Below the pieces are notes generated by a model that saw only the letters and a program-made list of their open reading frames with translations, was not told the origin of the DNA and ran no database searches. From Candidatus Latescibacterota bacterium (GTDB taxonomy: Bacteria; Latescibacterota; UBA2968; UBA8231), in the NCBI GenBank assembly GCA_965206595.1, contig OZ242214.1, forward strand, positions 5,792,001 to 5,856,000: a stretch of DNA of 64,000 nucleotides, written 5' to 3'. Of the stretch, positions 9,839-22,615 are shown in pieces; positions within the stretch are counted from its first letter, which is position 1, and each line of letters starts with the position of its first letter. Position numbers and translations under genes: made by a program.

Positions 9839-10298
9839 TGGCGACCTGTCCCAAAAGTATAGTTAAAACATAATTTGGGCACAGGTTCAGCCGTGTTCAG
9901 GATGGCATTTACGTTATTTAGCTCTCATAAAAGTTTCCGTGAAGATGGGATGGCGTCGGGTTTTCCAACGAGCCTTGTTCCAAACTGTAGGTATTGTCAC
10001 CTGGGACCGAGCTTCGCCTGGTTTGTGTCCAAGAGGCCAATGTCAAGAATTCCAGGGACACAAGGCATAAATAAAAAGTGAATAATTAGTGAGGATAAGT
10101 ATAAAAATGTTTTGGTCGAGACTTCACATTTGATGGGAATTTTCCTGGGCTTTGGAGGAGTGTCCGAGATTGCTTTTCCAGGTTTTCCATACCCGGGGTC
10201 ATTCGGGCGTTGCGCCGGAGCGGTCAGACTTCCGGAGTTTGTGTGGGCGAATCTTCTCAAAGGGCACCCGTTTACTTCCCGTGGTTGGAATAAAGATT

Positions 10299-10313
10299 GT
10301 GAAAACGGTTCAC
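10299..10313. promoter_or_regulatory. Candidate LacI-type operator
   Basis: Near-palindrome GTGAAAACGGTTCAC with central CG in the AT-rich region between divergent lacI and kinase genes. Confidence 0.45.
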
Positions 10314-10417
10314 GTTTTCTTTACTTTCCCGGACAACACACCTTTGCCGAGAGTCGATGGCGGTTACCGGATCAGCGGCCATTCATCGCAAAATCCGCTC
10401 CAAAGGCAGGCCGAGAC

Positions 10418-12436
10418 ATGTCCGAAACAGAAAGGGAACGACAGGAGAACGAGGCGCGTAGAGCCCGGATCTCCAGGCTCAGCGAATCCAGTCTGCGCAC
10501 CGCCCTGAGCCTCGACCTCGTTACTGTCCTGAAGGAGGTCGTGGACAACGCACGGCTGCTGACGAACGCCCGCTACGGCGCCCTCGCCGTCTTCGACGCC
10601 GCGGGGCATTTACAGCGGTTCATCACTTCCGGCATCACTCCCGAAGAGCGCCGGAGGATAGCAGGAGAGGGGCCCCTGGGGCTGGGGCTGTTCGGTTACG
10701 TGAACAAGAGAAGGGAACCGCTGCGACTCGCAAATCTTCACGAGCATCCCGAGTCGGTCGACTTTCCCGAAAACCATCCGCCGATGAAGACCTTTCTCGG
10801 AATTCCGATCCTGCATCTGGGCGAGAACTTCGGCAACCTCTATCTCACCGAGAAGGACGCCGGGCAGGAGTTTACGCCGGAGGACGAAGAGATCCTGGTG
10901 ATGTTCGCGTCCCACGCGGCAGTCGTCATCGCCAACGCGCGCAGGTACAGCCACGAACATCAGGCCAGGGCCGACCTGGAGGCGCTGATCAGCTCCTCCC
11001 CCGTGGGCGTTCTGGTCGTCGACGCGGAGACGCGGACTGTACTTTCGGTCAATTTCGAGGCGGAACGGATCATTGGCGTGCTGCCGGAGCCGGGCGCTAC
11101 TCTGGAGCAGTACCGCGAGGCCATATCCTGCACCCCTCCTTCGGGAAGTCTGGTTGCGACCGAGGAGCTTCCCCTGGAACGGGCGCTCGGCAAAGGGGAG
11201 ACCGTGCGCGCCCAACAGTTCGTCTTCCACCATGCGGACGGGGAGGCGATCACCGCCCTGGTCAACGCCACGCCGATCCTCTCGAAGGACGGACGGATCC
11301 TGTCCGCTGCGGCCGTCATCCAGGACATCACCCCCCTGGAAGACCTGGAAAGGATGCGCTCCGAGTTTCTCTCCTCGGTCAGCCAGGAGCTGCGGACGCC
11401 GTTGACCGCCATCAAGGGCTCAACGGCCATGGCCCTGGGAGGCCCATCTCAACCCGATCCCGCAGAGACGCGCCAGCTTTTCCGGATCATCGACGGTCAG
11501 GCGGACCTTCTGCGCGGCCTGATCAACGACCTTCTCGACATGACACAGGTCGAGTCCGGAGCGCTGTCGTTCACGTCCGAGCCCGTGGACGTGGCGGATC
11601 TGGTCGACCACGCGAGGACCACGTTCCTGCGGGGTGGCGCGGCAAACAGCATCGAGGTCGATCTGCCACCGAACCTGCCCCGGGCAAGGGCGGGCAAACA
11701 GCGTATCCTGCAAGTGTTGGGCAAGCTCTTTTCCAATGCTTCCAGGTACTCGCCGAAGGGGTCCACCATCAGGGTGACAGCGTCGGTAGCGGACTTCCAC
11801 GTGGCGATCTCCGTGGCAGACGAGAGCAGAGGGGTTTCTGGCGAGCATCTGCCCGCCCTGTTCGAGAAGTTCTCTCGGAGGGGGCGGGAAGCAGGAGGAA
11901 GCGGGCTGGGGCTTGCGGTCTGCAAGGGCATTGTGGAGGCGCACGGTGGCCGGATTTGGGCGGAGAGCGACGGACTGGAAGGAGGGACGCGAATCACCTT
12001 CACCATTCCCGTGGCAGACAGGTCAGAGGTCCGTGGGGCCGCCAACCAGTCTGGAGGTGTGAGGGGGAGGGAGCGAGCGCACAGTCGGGCATTCGAAGGC
12101 GACCTCCTACTGCCGTGGGACGATAGGCCCCCACCGTATCGGTTGGGAGATCTGACGATCGACTACGACGAACGCACCGTGTCCGTGGCGGGCCGTCCCG
12201 TGCAGCTGACCCCGACCGAGTACAAGCTGCTCTGCGAGCTTTCGATCAATGCCGGACGGGTGGTGGAACATCGTCAACTGCTGGACCGGGTCTGGGGTTC
12301 GGATTACTCCGGCGATACGCGAATCGTTCGGGTTTATGTGAAGGAAATTCGAAAAAAGCTGGGCGACGATGCCCGCAACCCGACGTACATCTTCACCCTG
12401 TCTCGCGTCGGCTACCGCATGGCAAAACCAACGTAG
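10418..12436 (+). CDS. GAF-PAS-HisKA-HATPase-wHTH hybrid regulator with degenerate kinase motifs and no receiver domain
   Basis: GAF (HPPMKTFLGIPI), PAS, SQELRTPL H-box, GSGLGL G2 box, C-terminal LTPTEYKLL..VRVYVKEIRKKLG..RVGYRM OmpR-type wHTH. Confidence 0.88.
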   Translation: MSETERERQENEARRARISRLSESSLRTALSLDLVTVLKEVVDNARLLTNARYGALAVFDAAGHLQRFITSGITPEERRRIAGEGPLGLGLFGYVNKRREPLRLANLHEHPESVDFPENHPPMKTFLGIPILHLGENFGNLYLTEKDAGQEFTPEDEEILVMFASHAAVVIANARRYSHEHQARADLEALISSSPVGVLVVDAETRTVLSVNFEAERIIGVLPEPGATLEQYREAISCTPPSGSLVATEELPLERALGKGETVRAQQFVFHHADGEAITALVNATPILSKDGRILSAAAVIQDITPLEDLERMRSEFLSSVSQELRTPLTAIKGSTAMALGGPSQPDPAETRQLFRIIDGQADLLRGLINDLLDMTQVESGALSFTSEPVDVADLVDHARTTFLRGGAANSIEVDLPPNLPRARAGKQRILQVLGKLFSNASRYSPKGSTIRVTASVADFHVAISVADESRGVSGEHLPALFEKFSRRGREAGGSGLGLAVCKGIVEAHGGRIWAESDGLEGGTRITFTIPVADRSEVRGAANQSGGVRGRERAHSRAFEGDLLLPWDDRPPPYRLGDLTIDYDERTVSVAGRPVQLTPTEYKLLCELSINAGRVVEHRQLLDRVWGSDYSGDTRIVRVYVKEIRKKLGDDARNPTYIFTLSRVGYRMAKPT

Positions 12437-12629
12437 CACACGCGTTCCGGTCCGGAATTTTGCAGAGGCACCGGAGAGAGTGGGGTCGGCTCGAGCTCGA
12501 GAGCCAATCGGATCGTCTGGAAGCCGGATCGGTTCGCGCCCGTTGTCTTGAGAACAGGGGCAGTCAGGCAGGGTTGTCGAATCCGGGAATACCGGCTGCC
12601 TGCGGCGGCAGTGCGCGGCGCAATCCAAA

Positions 12630-12670
12630 AAAAACAGCGGACCGGATTGGGGATCCGGTCCGCTGTTTTT
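12630..12670. terminator. Bidirectional intrinsic terminator
   Basis: aaaaacagcggaccggat-tgggg-atccggtccgctgttttt perfect hairpin between convergent genes. Confidence 0.9.
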
Positions 12671-12709
12671 CAACAACCCAAAATATAAGAAGAAATATAG
12701 AAAGCAGCC

Positions 12710-15358
<2,649 letters not shown>

Positions 15359-15529
15359 CAGAAAATCCTCCCGTTTTGGTGGGGTGCGATGGGTTCGTTG
15401 TTGTCCAAAAGAAGCAACTTCAGGCAAGGCCCGCTTCACCCGGGGTCCCAGGTTTCGCGGGGCCTGCCTGTCGCTGCGATTGCCTTTTGCCGCTGCTCGT
15501 ATCGGTTCGGTTTCATTCCGGGCCCGGTG

Positions 15530-16150
15530 CTAAATCTCCAAAAGAAAACGCGTGTACCACAAGGCACCGTTGAAGTCCCATGGCGTGCTCTCCGGGCGCA
15601 GGTTCCGCTGGCCCTGGGTTGTCCGACAAGATCCTCGGGATCGTCAGGGTCTCCGGGGACGACATCGGGCACCGTACCGAGGATATTCTGCGCTCCCGTG
15701 TTCAGCCGGTAGCGCTCGCCGAAGGCATAGCCGACTTCGGCGTCGACGGATAACGGCCCGTCGAAGGAGTCGAGGTCGCCGCAGCTGTTGTCCTGGAAGC
15801 GGCAGGCCTTCCAGGCGCTGAAGTAGCTGGCCGCAGCACGGCGTTCCAAGAGCCCAGCTGGTGGCTGCCGGTGAGCACCATGCGGTGCTCGGGGTTCATC
15901 TCCTCCAGCTCCACCTCGCGGCGGGGAGTCATCAGGCTGAAGTCGATCGGCTCGTCCAGAGGTTTCCCGAGGAATTCGCTGATCGTCCGTTTCTCGGAAA
16001 AGTTCTCCAGGCTGGTCCGGGTCCAGTTCCAGGCGAGATCGACGTGCGACAGGGACACGGCTGTCCCAGACCTTCGTCCACGACAGCATCCGTTCTCAGC
16101 ATGGTCAATCTATCTGGTTTGTCGATGTGGAATAGAGTCAAAAGGCAGGT
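15530..16150 (-). pseudogene. C-terminal remnant of a second TonB-dependent receptor
   Basis: Pieces in several frames: LFHIDKPDRL, VDLAWNWTRTS, ASYFSAW, VDAEVGYAF..NTGAQNILGTVPD, STPWDFNGALWYTRF. Confidence 0.75.
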
Positions 16151-16339
16151 CGGCTTGCCAGATTGGATGGCTCCGAACCTTTTACAGCGAGGGTCAGGGG
16201 GCTTCTGCCAATATAGAAAGGTTTGCATGAGACGTCGATTTATTTCTCGTTCCGGCTTGGCGCATTGCGCCCCTGCCGCGGCCAGCTCGCAGGAGGAGCG
16301 CGGCTTTTTCCGCCTTTCGATGAAGATGAATCGACAAAA

Positions 16340-16394
16340 CCCGGCGGGCGCCCGATGCCGGGAGGCGTGGTGCCTGCGGCATCGGGCGCTTTTT
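16340..16394. terminator. GC-rich hairpin downstream of the VIT-VWA gene
   Basis: gcgcccgatgccg...cggcatcgggcgc 13-bp stem plus ttttt. Confidence 0.6.
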
Positions 16395-16422
16395 CGGACT
16401 TGCCGGAATCGCCGGGGATTGC

Positions 16423-18723
16423 TCAGCGCAGCAGCATCATGCGCCGGTGCACGGCCCAGTCGCCGGTCTGCAGGCTGTACACGTACACCCCGCTGGCCAC
16501 CGCGCGGCCGTACTGGTCGCGGCCGTCCCAGGTGATACGGTGTTCACCGGCCCCAGGAGCGTCGGCGTGCAGCAGGCGCACGAGCTGGCCGGAGAGGTTG
16601 TAGATGTGCAGGCGGATCTCCTCGCCCGCCAGGGAGGCCGGCACCTGGAAGGGGATCACGGTGGAGGCGTTGAACGGGTTGGGCGCGTTCTGCTGCAGGA
16701 CCGGCCGGCCGGGTTGCTCCGGGCGGACTTCCCAGGCGCGCTCTTCCAGCACCACCAGCATGGCCTCGCCCAACAAGGCGAAGTCCTCGAGCTCGGCTGG
16801 CTGGCTGGACAGGCCTTCGTACAGCTCCCTCGGCATGCCAGGCATGTAGGCGACGTCGACCCACACCTCGTCCTCCAGGACGAAGTCGTGGCCGAGCCAG
16901 TAGGCCTTCGGACGGGTGTCGTTGACCGCCGTAGAAAGCATTTCATCACCGTCTCTCTCTCCGTCGTCGTCCCGCGGTCGGGGATTGACCTCCACCCCAT
17001 CGTCGGGGGCGAACAGCGAGGTGCGCCGCGTCACCAGCCGGTAGTCGAGGCCGAGCGCCAGGATGTCGTCGAGCAGCTCCTGCTGCGACCCGAAGCGGGC
17101 GATCTGCTCCTCGAGAGCCTGCACCTTCTGGTGGGCCCAGAGCCGCGGAATCAGATCCCCCGAGTCATCGGTCCGCGTGAACTCCAGCGGGAAATCCAGG
17201 GACAGGGTCTCCTCTCCCACTTGGCCTATCACGCTCAAGGTGAAATCCCCGCCCTCCCGGTAGCGGCCGACCTGGAACAGCTCACGGCCGGCTGCCAGGG
17301 CCTCCACCCCGCGCGGGTGCACGTCGTGAATCTCTACGTCGCCGAAGGACAGCTCCTCGAGCAGCAGCACGGGAAAAGTGAAGGACTCGAAAAGGTCGCG
17401 GAGCGCCGTCTCGATATCCCCTTCGTCCGAAAGGAAGTACGCCTCGCCCTGGTGGTCTTCGGCGAGGCCGGCCAGAAACCCCTGGTCGACGTCCTTTCCG
17501 ACGCCGATGGTGAACAGGCGGGCCCGGCCGTCCGACCACTGGCCCACCAAGTCGCTCAGGGGCTCGAGTTCAACCTCGCCGAGGTTGGGCAGGCCGTCGG
17601 TCAGGAAGATGACGTGGTTGATCCGCCCCGAGGGGAAGGCCTGCTGCATGGCGCGGCCCAGTCCCGCCTCGAAATTGCTCACACCCAGGGCGTCCTGGCG
17701 GTTGATGAAGGCGGTTGCCGACTCCTTGTTGGACCGGTTGGCCGGCACCGGGGCCGCCGCAAAGGAGTCGGCCCGGTGGCTGAAGACTACGATGTTGAAC
17801 AGGTCCTCTTCTTTCAACCCCGCGATCGCCGCGGCAAGGGCACCTTTCACCGCCTCGAGCTTGCCCCGCTGCATGCTCGAGGAGATGTCGATGACGAAGG
17901 TCAGGCTGCGCGGCAGGGGATCGCCTGCCGTCAACTCAGGCAGGGGCGGCAGCCACAGGGCGTAGTACCCCATGGCTTCGTCCCCTTCCGGAGCGAAGCT
18001 GAGCACCGTCGGCTTGAGCAGGTCCCCGGTCTGACGGATGGTCAGGGTGAAGTCTTCCCGGGGGGAAATCTGCTCGTCGCCGAAGAAGACGTTGGCGCTG
18101 TAGTCGTCCGGACGGTCGACCTCGGTGAGCCGGGGAAGCCCCGAGGTCGTCACCTCGATGGGGTGCTGACTGTTCACCCGTGCCCGCAGCACGAACAGCT
18201 CCATCTGCAGGGCCTGGTCGGTCTCGGGCGCGAGCGGGAAGGTGTAGTCGAGACGGCCGTTGCGGGCTTCGAGAAGCTGCATGTACTCGAACTCGACGCG
18301 GCGGCTGCCGCTGGCAGGAAAGGGGAAGATGCTCAGGCGGAACTGGTTCGGGGTCACCTGCTCGATCAGGGCCGGGTCGACGCGGCGGCGCACGATGGCG
18401 TCGTAGATCTGCCGCGCCTCCTCCTTCTCCAGGATGAGACCCTGGATGCGCTTGTCCCCGATCCACAGCACCAGGTCGGTGACGATGGCCCCGTCGGGCA
18501 GGGTGAACTCGTAGATCCCCTCGACCTCCCAGTCGGCGTGGTTGGTGAAGATCTGGTCGGTGCGCGTGCGGGCGATGCGCTCGTCGATCTGCACGTCGAC
18601 GGTGGCCGAAGTCAGCTCGAGGTGCTGGCGGCCGTCGTCCCCGACGCCGGTGTACACGTAGCCGATGCCGAGGGCGGGAAGAGGGGCAAGCAGGGCAAAG
18701 AGGAGCATTAGTCGGGTTTTCAT
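16423..18723 (-). CDS. Secreted VIT + VWA domain protein with FlgD-Ig/T9SS-like C-terminal tail
   Basis: Signal peptide, EGIYEFTLP VIT, DISSSM and FLTDG MIDAS, IPRLWA, LQQNAPNPFNAST...WDGRD..G..VASGVY. Confidence 0.92.
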   Translation of the reverse strand: MKTRLMLLFALLAPLPALGIGYVYTGVGDDGRQHLELTSATVDVQIDERIARTRTDQIFTNHADWEVEGIYEFTLPDGAIVTDLVLWIGDKRIQGLILEKEEARQIYDAIVRRRVDPALIEQVTPNQFRLSIFPFPASGSRRVEFEYMQLLEARNGRLDYTFPLAPETDQALQMELFVLRARVNSQHPIEVTTSGLPRLTEVDRPDDYSANVFFGDEQISPREDFTLTIRQTGDLLKPTVLSFAPEGDEAMGYYALWLPPLPELTAGDPLPRSLTFVIDISSSMQRGKLEAVKGALAAAIAGLKEEDLFNIVVFSHRADSFAAAPVPANRSNKESATAFINRQDALGVSNFEAGLGRAMQQAFPSGRINHVIFLTDGLPNLGEVELEPLSDLVGQWSDGRARLFTIGVGKDVDQGFLAGLAEDHQGEAYFLSDEGDIETALRDLFESFTFPVLLLEELSFGDVEIHDVHPRGVEALAAGRELFQVGRYREGGDFTLSVIGQVGEETLSLDFPLEFTRTDDSGDLIPRLWAHQKVQALEEQIARFGSQQELLDDILALGLDYRLVTRRTSLFAPDDGVEVNPRPRDDDGERDGDEMLSTAVNDTRPKAYWLGHDFVLEDEVWVDVAYMPGMPRELYEGLSSQPAELEDFALLGEAMLVVLEERAWEVRPEQPGRPVLQQNAPNPFNASTVIPFQVPASLAGEEIRLHIYNLSGQLVRLLHADAPGAGEHRITWDGRDQYGRAVASGVYVYSLQTGDWAVHRRMMLLR

Positions 18724-18946
18724 GGCGGGGGATCCTTTCGCAGGACGGGACGAGACGAGACGATATGGTTTAGTAGTAGGTGACCTTGACGCCTCCGGCC
18801 TTGAGGGCGGGGATCTGTGGTGATGGCCTGATGACTGAGGGGGTTCTTTTTTCAATTCAACCTCTCGACCTCGCGACTGCCCGGCGGAAACTTGATATCG
18901 GCTCATCAAGAAATCCGCTGCCTGGACGGAGGCACCGGTCGATCTG

Positions 18947-19717
18947 CTATTCCCCGATCACCCGTGGGTTATGCTGGTTTCCGCACAGCAGTTGCGTCTC
19001 CAGTTCCGAGGGGTTTTCGATTCTGGCGAGCTGGCTCCGCATGTCTTCCTGCGGAATGAACCAGGGCATAAGGTACATCCCGAGCAGACAGGACCTGGGG
19101 CTGTCGGTGCGGTTGGGCCGCGACGTGTGCCACCAGGCCCCGTGTGCGACCACCGCCGTGCCCCGGGTTCCTATCAGCATCTCCCCGTCCTCGCGCCAGC
19201 GGTCGGTCGGCGGCTCGGGCGGATGCCCCTTTCGATGCGAGCCGGGCACGACGCCGGTGGCGCCGTTCTCCTCGGTGAAGTCGTCGAGGAGCCACACCGT
19301 CTGCGCGGCGAAGTTGCCCGCGGGCCACGGCGGTTGCAGCGACCAGTACGGATAGTCGGCGTGCCACCCGATTCCCTCGTGGCCGGGGTAGATGGTGTTC
19401 GCCGTCCAGGAGGAGCAGATGATGTCGTCGCCGAGGTACCGCTTCCAGATCGACACGATCAGCGGGTGGCACATCAGGTCGAGGAAAACCGGGTGCTTGT
19501 GGGCGATGCCGCCGACGCGCTGGTGCCTGTTGGGGCGCCCCCCGTCGTCGATCTCCGCTTCGAGAAACCCCTCGAGAACGGTGCGCGCCGCGTCCGCTTC
19601 CTCGGGCGAGATGACGTCCGGAAGGATGTAGTAGCCGCGGTCGTCCACCGCGGCGATGACGGCATCGATGTCGACGGCGCTGACATCGTCGGTAGATACC
19701 GTGATTTCTAGTGTCAT
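18947..19717 (-). CDS. PhyH-family Fe(II)/2-oxoglutarate dioxygenase
   Basis: WHADY, DDFTEENGAT.VVPGSH, WWHTSRPN. Confidence 0.92.
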   Translation of the reverse strand: MTLEITVSTDDVSAVDIDAVIAAVDDRGYYILPDVISPEEADAARTVLEGFLEAEIDDGGRPNRHQRVGGIAHKHPVFLDLMCHPLIVSIWKRYLGDDIICSSWTANTIYPGHEGIGWHADYPYWSLQPPWPAGNFAAQTVWLLDDFTEENGATGVVPGSHRKGHPPEPPTDRWREDGEMLIGTRGTAVVAHGAWWHTSRPNRTDSPRSCLLGMYLMPWFIPQEDMRSQLARIENPSELETQLLCGNQHNPRVIGE

Positions 19718-19981
19718 AGGGTCTGCTCCTCTTCAGTATTGCAGGTTTTGCCAATATAGATAAAAGGGGGCGCCCACTGCCGGCCTACTTTCCCTGCATG
19801 GTCTTGATGAGGGCGTGCGCGAGGCCGGGGCTCCAACGTCGTACCCCGAGGCATTCAGCGCAGGGAATCGCCCCTCGATAACCGACATCGCTTCTCGCCC
19901 CTGTACCACCATGCAAACCAGTCTCGCGTGCAGCCGAGGGTGATTTTATTCTACCTGTATAACAATAGAGGGAGCAGATCG

Positions 19982-20746
19982 ATGGCCGGCATGACGACAG
20001 AAGAGAGGTTCCAGTTCGACCTGCAGGGGTACCTGGTGGTTCGGGGCGTGTTGACCCCCCGGGAAGTGGCCGAGCTCAACGAGCTGGCCGACGAGGCCTT
20101 GCCCGGGGAACACGACGAGACCGGCCTGCGCCGCACCTCCAATGTCTCGCAGTGGGGCCCGCGGTTTCGCGACCTGATCGACCATCCCGGCATCGTTCCC
20201 TACCTGGTCGAGCTGATGGGGCCGAAGTTCCGCATCGACCACGACTACAGCATGTTCATGCGCTGCGGCACCTCCCGCAGCCGCCTGCACGGGGGGCCGT
20301 CGCCTCAGTGTTACGAGGGGGATCACTGGTACCGGTTCTATCCCGACGGCATGATCCGCAACGGCCTGACGGTCTTCACCTGGAACCTGACCGACTGCAA
20401 TCCGGGGGACGGCGGCTTCGCCTGCGTGCCGGGCAGCCACAAGACCAACCTGCGCGGGGCCATGCCGGAGGAGGTGCTCAGCTTCGGGCGGCCGGCCCAT
20501 TACGTAAGGCAGCCTGCGGTCAAGGCGGGGGACGTGATCATCTTCACCGAGGCGCTGGTGCACGGCACCCTCCCCTGGGACGCCGACCACGAGCGCCGGG
20601 CCCTGCTCTACAAGTACAGCCCCGGGCATTCCTCCTGGAGCGGCACCTACTACGACCCCGCGGACTATCCTGGCGCCAGCGAACAGCAGATCCGCATCAT
20701 GGCGTCCCCTTCGGTCGGCGGGCGGCCCGACTCGGTGCAGGGATAG
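19982..20746 (+). CDS. PhyH-family dioxygenase
   Basis: FDLQGYLVV, GGFACVPGSHK, GDVIIFTEALVHGT. Confidence 0.9.
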   Translation: MAGMTTEERFQFDLQGYLVVRGVLTPREVAELNELADEALPGEHDETGLRRTSNVSQWGPRFRDLIDHPGIVPYLVELMGPKFRIDHDYSMFMRCGTSRSRLHGGPSPQCYEGDHWYRFYPDGMIRNGLTVFTWNLTDCNPGDGGFACVPGSHKTNLRGAMPEEVLSFGRPAHYVRQPAVKAGDVIIFTEALVHGTLPWDADHERRALLYKYSPGHSSWSGTYYDPADYPGASEQQIRIMASPSVGGRPDSVQG

Positions 20747-20760
20747 CGGTCCCTCGGGCC

Positions 20761-21915
20761 TCACCGCTCGATGGTGTAGCGGGCAACCGCGTCCTCATCC
20801 AGCTCGATACCCAACCCGGGCCCGTCCGGAACCGCGGCGAAGCCGCCTTCAACAACCACCGGCGAGCCGGCCAGCTCCGTCATCATCGGGCTCGGCCTGT
20901 CGATGCTGGCATCCCCCCATTCCCGGCGGGTGATCGGGTACTCGCACAGGAATCCCTGCGGCATCGCCGCGACGAGGTGAATGCTGGCGGCGAAATTGAT
21001 CGCCGTGCCCCAGTTGTGCGGCACCACCGGGATGTTCGCCAGTCTCGCCATCTCGGCGATCCGCCGTCCTTCGGTCAGCCCTCCCACCCACGACAGGTCG
21101 GGCTGCAGCAGGTCGACGGCGCGACGCTCGATCAGGTCCCTGAAAGCGAACGCCGTCAGGTCCGACTCCCCCGCGGCTATGCGGACACTGGTGCGGGCGG
21201 CGAGCTCGGCCATGTTCCCGGCGTCGTCGGCGCTCGACAAGGGCTCCTCCCACCAGTAGATGCCGGCACCGGAGTCCTCGATCATGCGCGCGGTCTGCAC
21301 GGCCTCGGCGAGGCTCTCGGGACGGCCGAGGTCGAGCATGAGGTCGATCTCCTCGCCGGCCTGGGCGCGCAGCTCCTGAAGGATGGCGAGGTCCCGCGCC
21401 GGCTTGCGGCCGAAGTCCGCCCAGCCGTAGAACTTGAGCGCCCGGTACCCCTGGCGGACGTACTCCAAGGTATCGGCGAAGGCCTGGTCCGGGGCGTCGC
21501 CGTCGACCCAGATGCTGCTGACGTACACCTTGACCCGCTCCCGGAACCGGCCCCCCAGCAGATCGTACAGGGGGATGTTGAGCGTGCGCGCCGCGGCGTC
21601 GTGTACGGCCATGTCGATTCCGCTCACCGCGTGGACCATCAACCCGCGGCGGTCGTAGAGCCGCCGGCAGGCGTCGTACATCCGCTCCCAGACGACGCTG
21701 GTCGCCAGCACTTCCTGGCCGACGACCTCCTGCGCCAGCCGGCGGTCGATCAGCTCACTGGCGGCGAACACCCCGCCGCCGAAGCGGTCGGGGACGAAGC
21801 ACTCCCCGAAGCCTTCCACCCCTTCATCGGTGCGCACGCGCACCAGCACCCAGCCTCCGTGGGGATACTCGTGCGACTTCAGAACTCGAGCGGTGACTTC
21901 CGCAATCCCGGGCAT
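20761..21915 (-). CDS. Mandelate racemase/muconate lactonizing enzyme family protein
   Basis: SGIDMAVHD, PLYDLLGG, WWEEP, AAGES, QPD..VGGLTE, PHNW. Confidence 0.93.
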   Translation of the reverse strand: MPGIAEVTARVLKSHEYPHGGWVLVRVRTDEGVEGFGECFVPDRFGGGVFAASELIDRRLAQEVVGQEVLATSVVWERMYDACRRLYDRRGLMVHAVSGIDMAVHDAAARTLNIPLYDLLGGRFRERVKVYVSSIWVDGDAPDQAFADTLEYVRQGYRALKFYGWADFGRKPARDLAILQELRAQAGEEIDLMLDLGRPESLAEAVQTARMIEDSGAGIYWWEEPLSSADDAGNMAELAARTSVRIAAGESDLTAFAFRDLIERRAVDLLQPDLSWVGGLTEGRRIAEMARLANIPVVPHNWGTAINFAASIHLVAAMPQGFLCEYPITRREWGDASIDRPSPMMTELAGSPVVVEGGFAAVPDGPGLGIELDEDAVARYTIER

Positions 21916-22179
21916 GTGATCCTCCGATTCCTTCGATTGACAGCGACCGGGCGTCCCGACACTTTCACGCTTCACCGCCCGTCGATGCTCCGGCGAGGTC
22001 GGGATCGTGCGCCGAAGTGGCGCGACCGATCTGGGCCTGGGGACCCCAAATGGAGCGCAACTGGATCGCAACGTTCTCCGTGCGTTCCCGACAGGTACTC
22101 CATGGGTTCGGGGCCGCAAGGGCGGGACGCAGCCCGGATCTGTTTTCAACGGGCGTCTCAAAGCAATATGGAGGTTGCC

Positions 22180-22476
22180 GTGCCGGAAAGAACCGTCAGT
22201 GATGAAGTCGGGTCGAAGCTGCTGTTCGAAAACGATCGCGTCCGGGTCTGGGACCTGCGCATCGATCCTGGCGAGAGCACCGGTCTCCACCGGCACACAA
22301 AGGATTACCTGTACGTCGTGATCGGCGGCGGGAGCCTCAAAGGGCCGGGCGGCGAGCCGAGTGAGATGGCGGACGGCGAGGTGGTCTTCCGGGAAATCCC
22401 CGGCGAGGAAGTCCACGAGGCGATCAACGCCGGCGACCTGCCCTGGCGGAACATCATCGTCGAGATGAAGGACTGA
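22180..22476 (+). CDS. Small cupin-domain protein
   Basis: GGAGG RBS; LLFENDRVRVW..PGESTGLHRH..HEAIN...IIVEMK. Confidence 0.88.
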   Translation: MPERTVSDEVGSKLLFENDRVRVWDLRIDPGESTGLHRHTKDYLYVVIGGGSLKGPGGEPSEMADGEVVFREIPGEEVHEAINAGDLPWRNIIVEMKD

Positions 22477-22615
22477 CCCGCGCAGGGCGCCGCGGTTGCT
22501 TCGGCCTGCGCCCCTTCTTCACACACATCCTTTTCGTTTCTCCCCTGGCAATCCGGGCGGGCAAAGGCAGGTTCCGCCGGCTCTCCCGGTCCCTATTCCT
22601 CAAGTGAAGAGTGAT

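Noticed and set aside
10112-10417. N-terminal extensions from the ORF track (also at 15439, 18909, 22416, 32598, 46212, 47243)
   Set aside because: Downstream starts have better RBS or signal-peptide context; the extensions are open-frame run-ins.
18825-18895. Hammerhead ribozyme (ctgatga followed by a hairpin)
   Set aside because: No GAAA follows stem II and stems I and III are missing.
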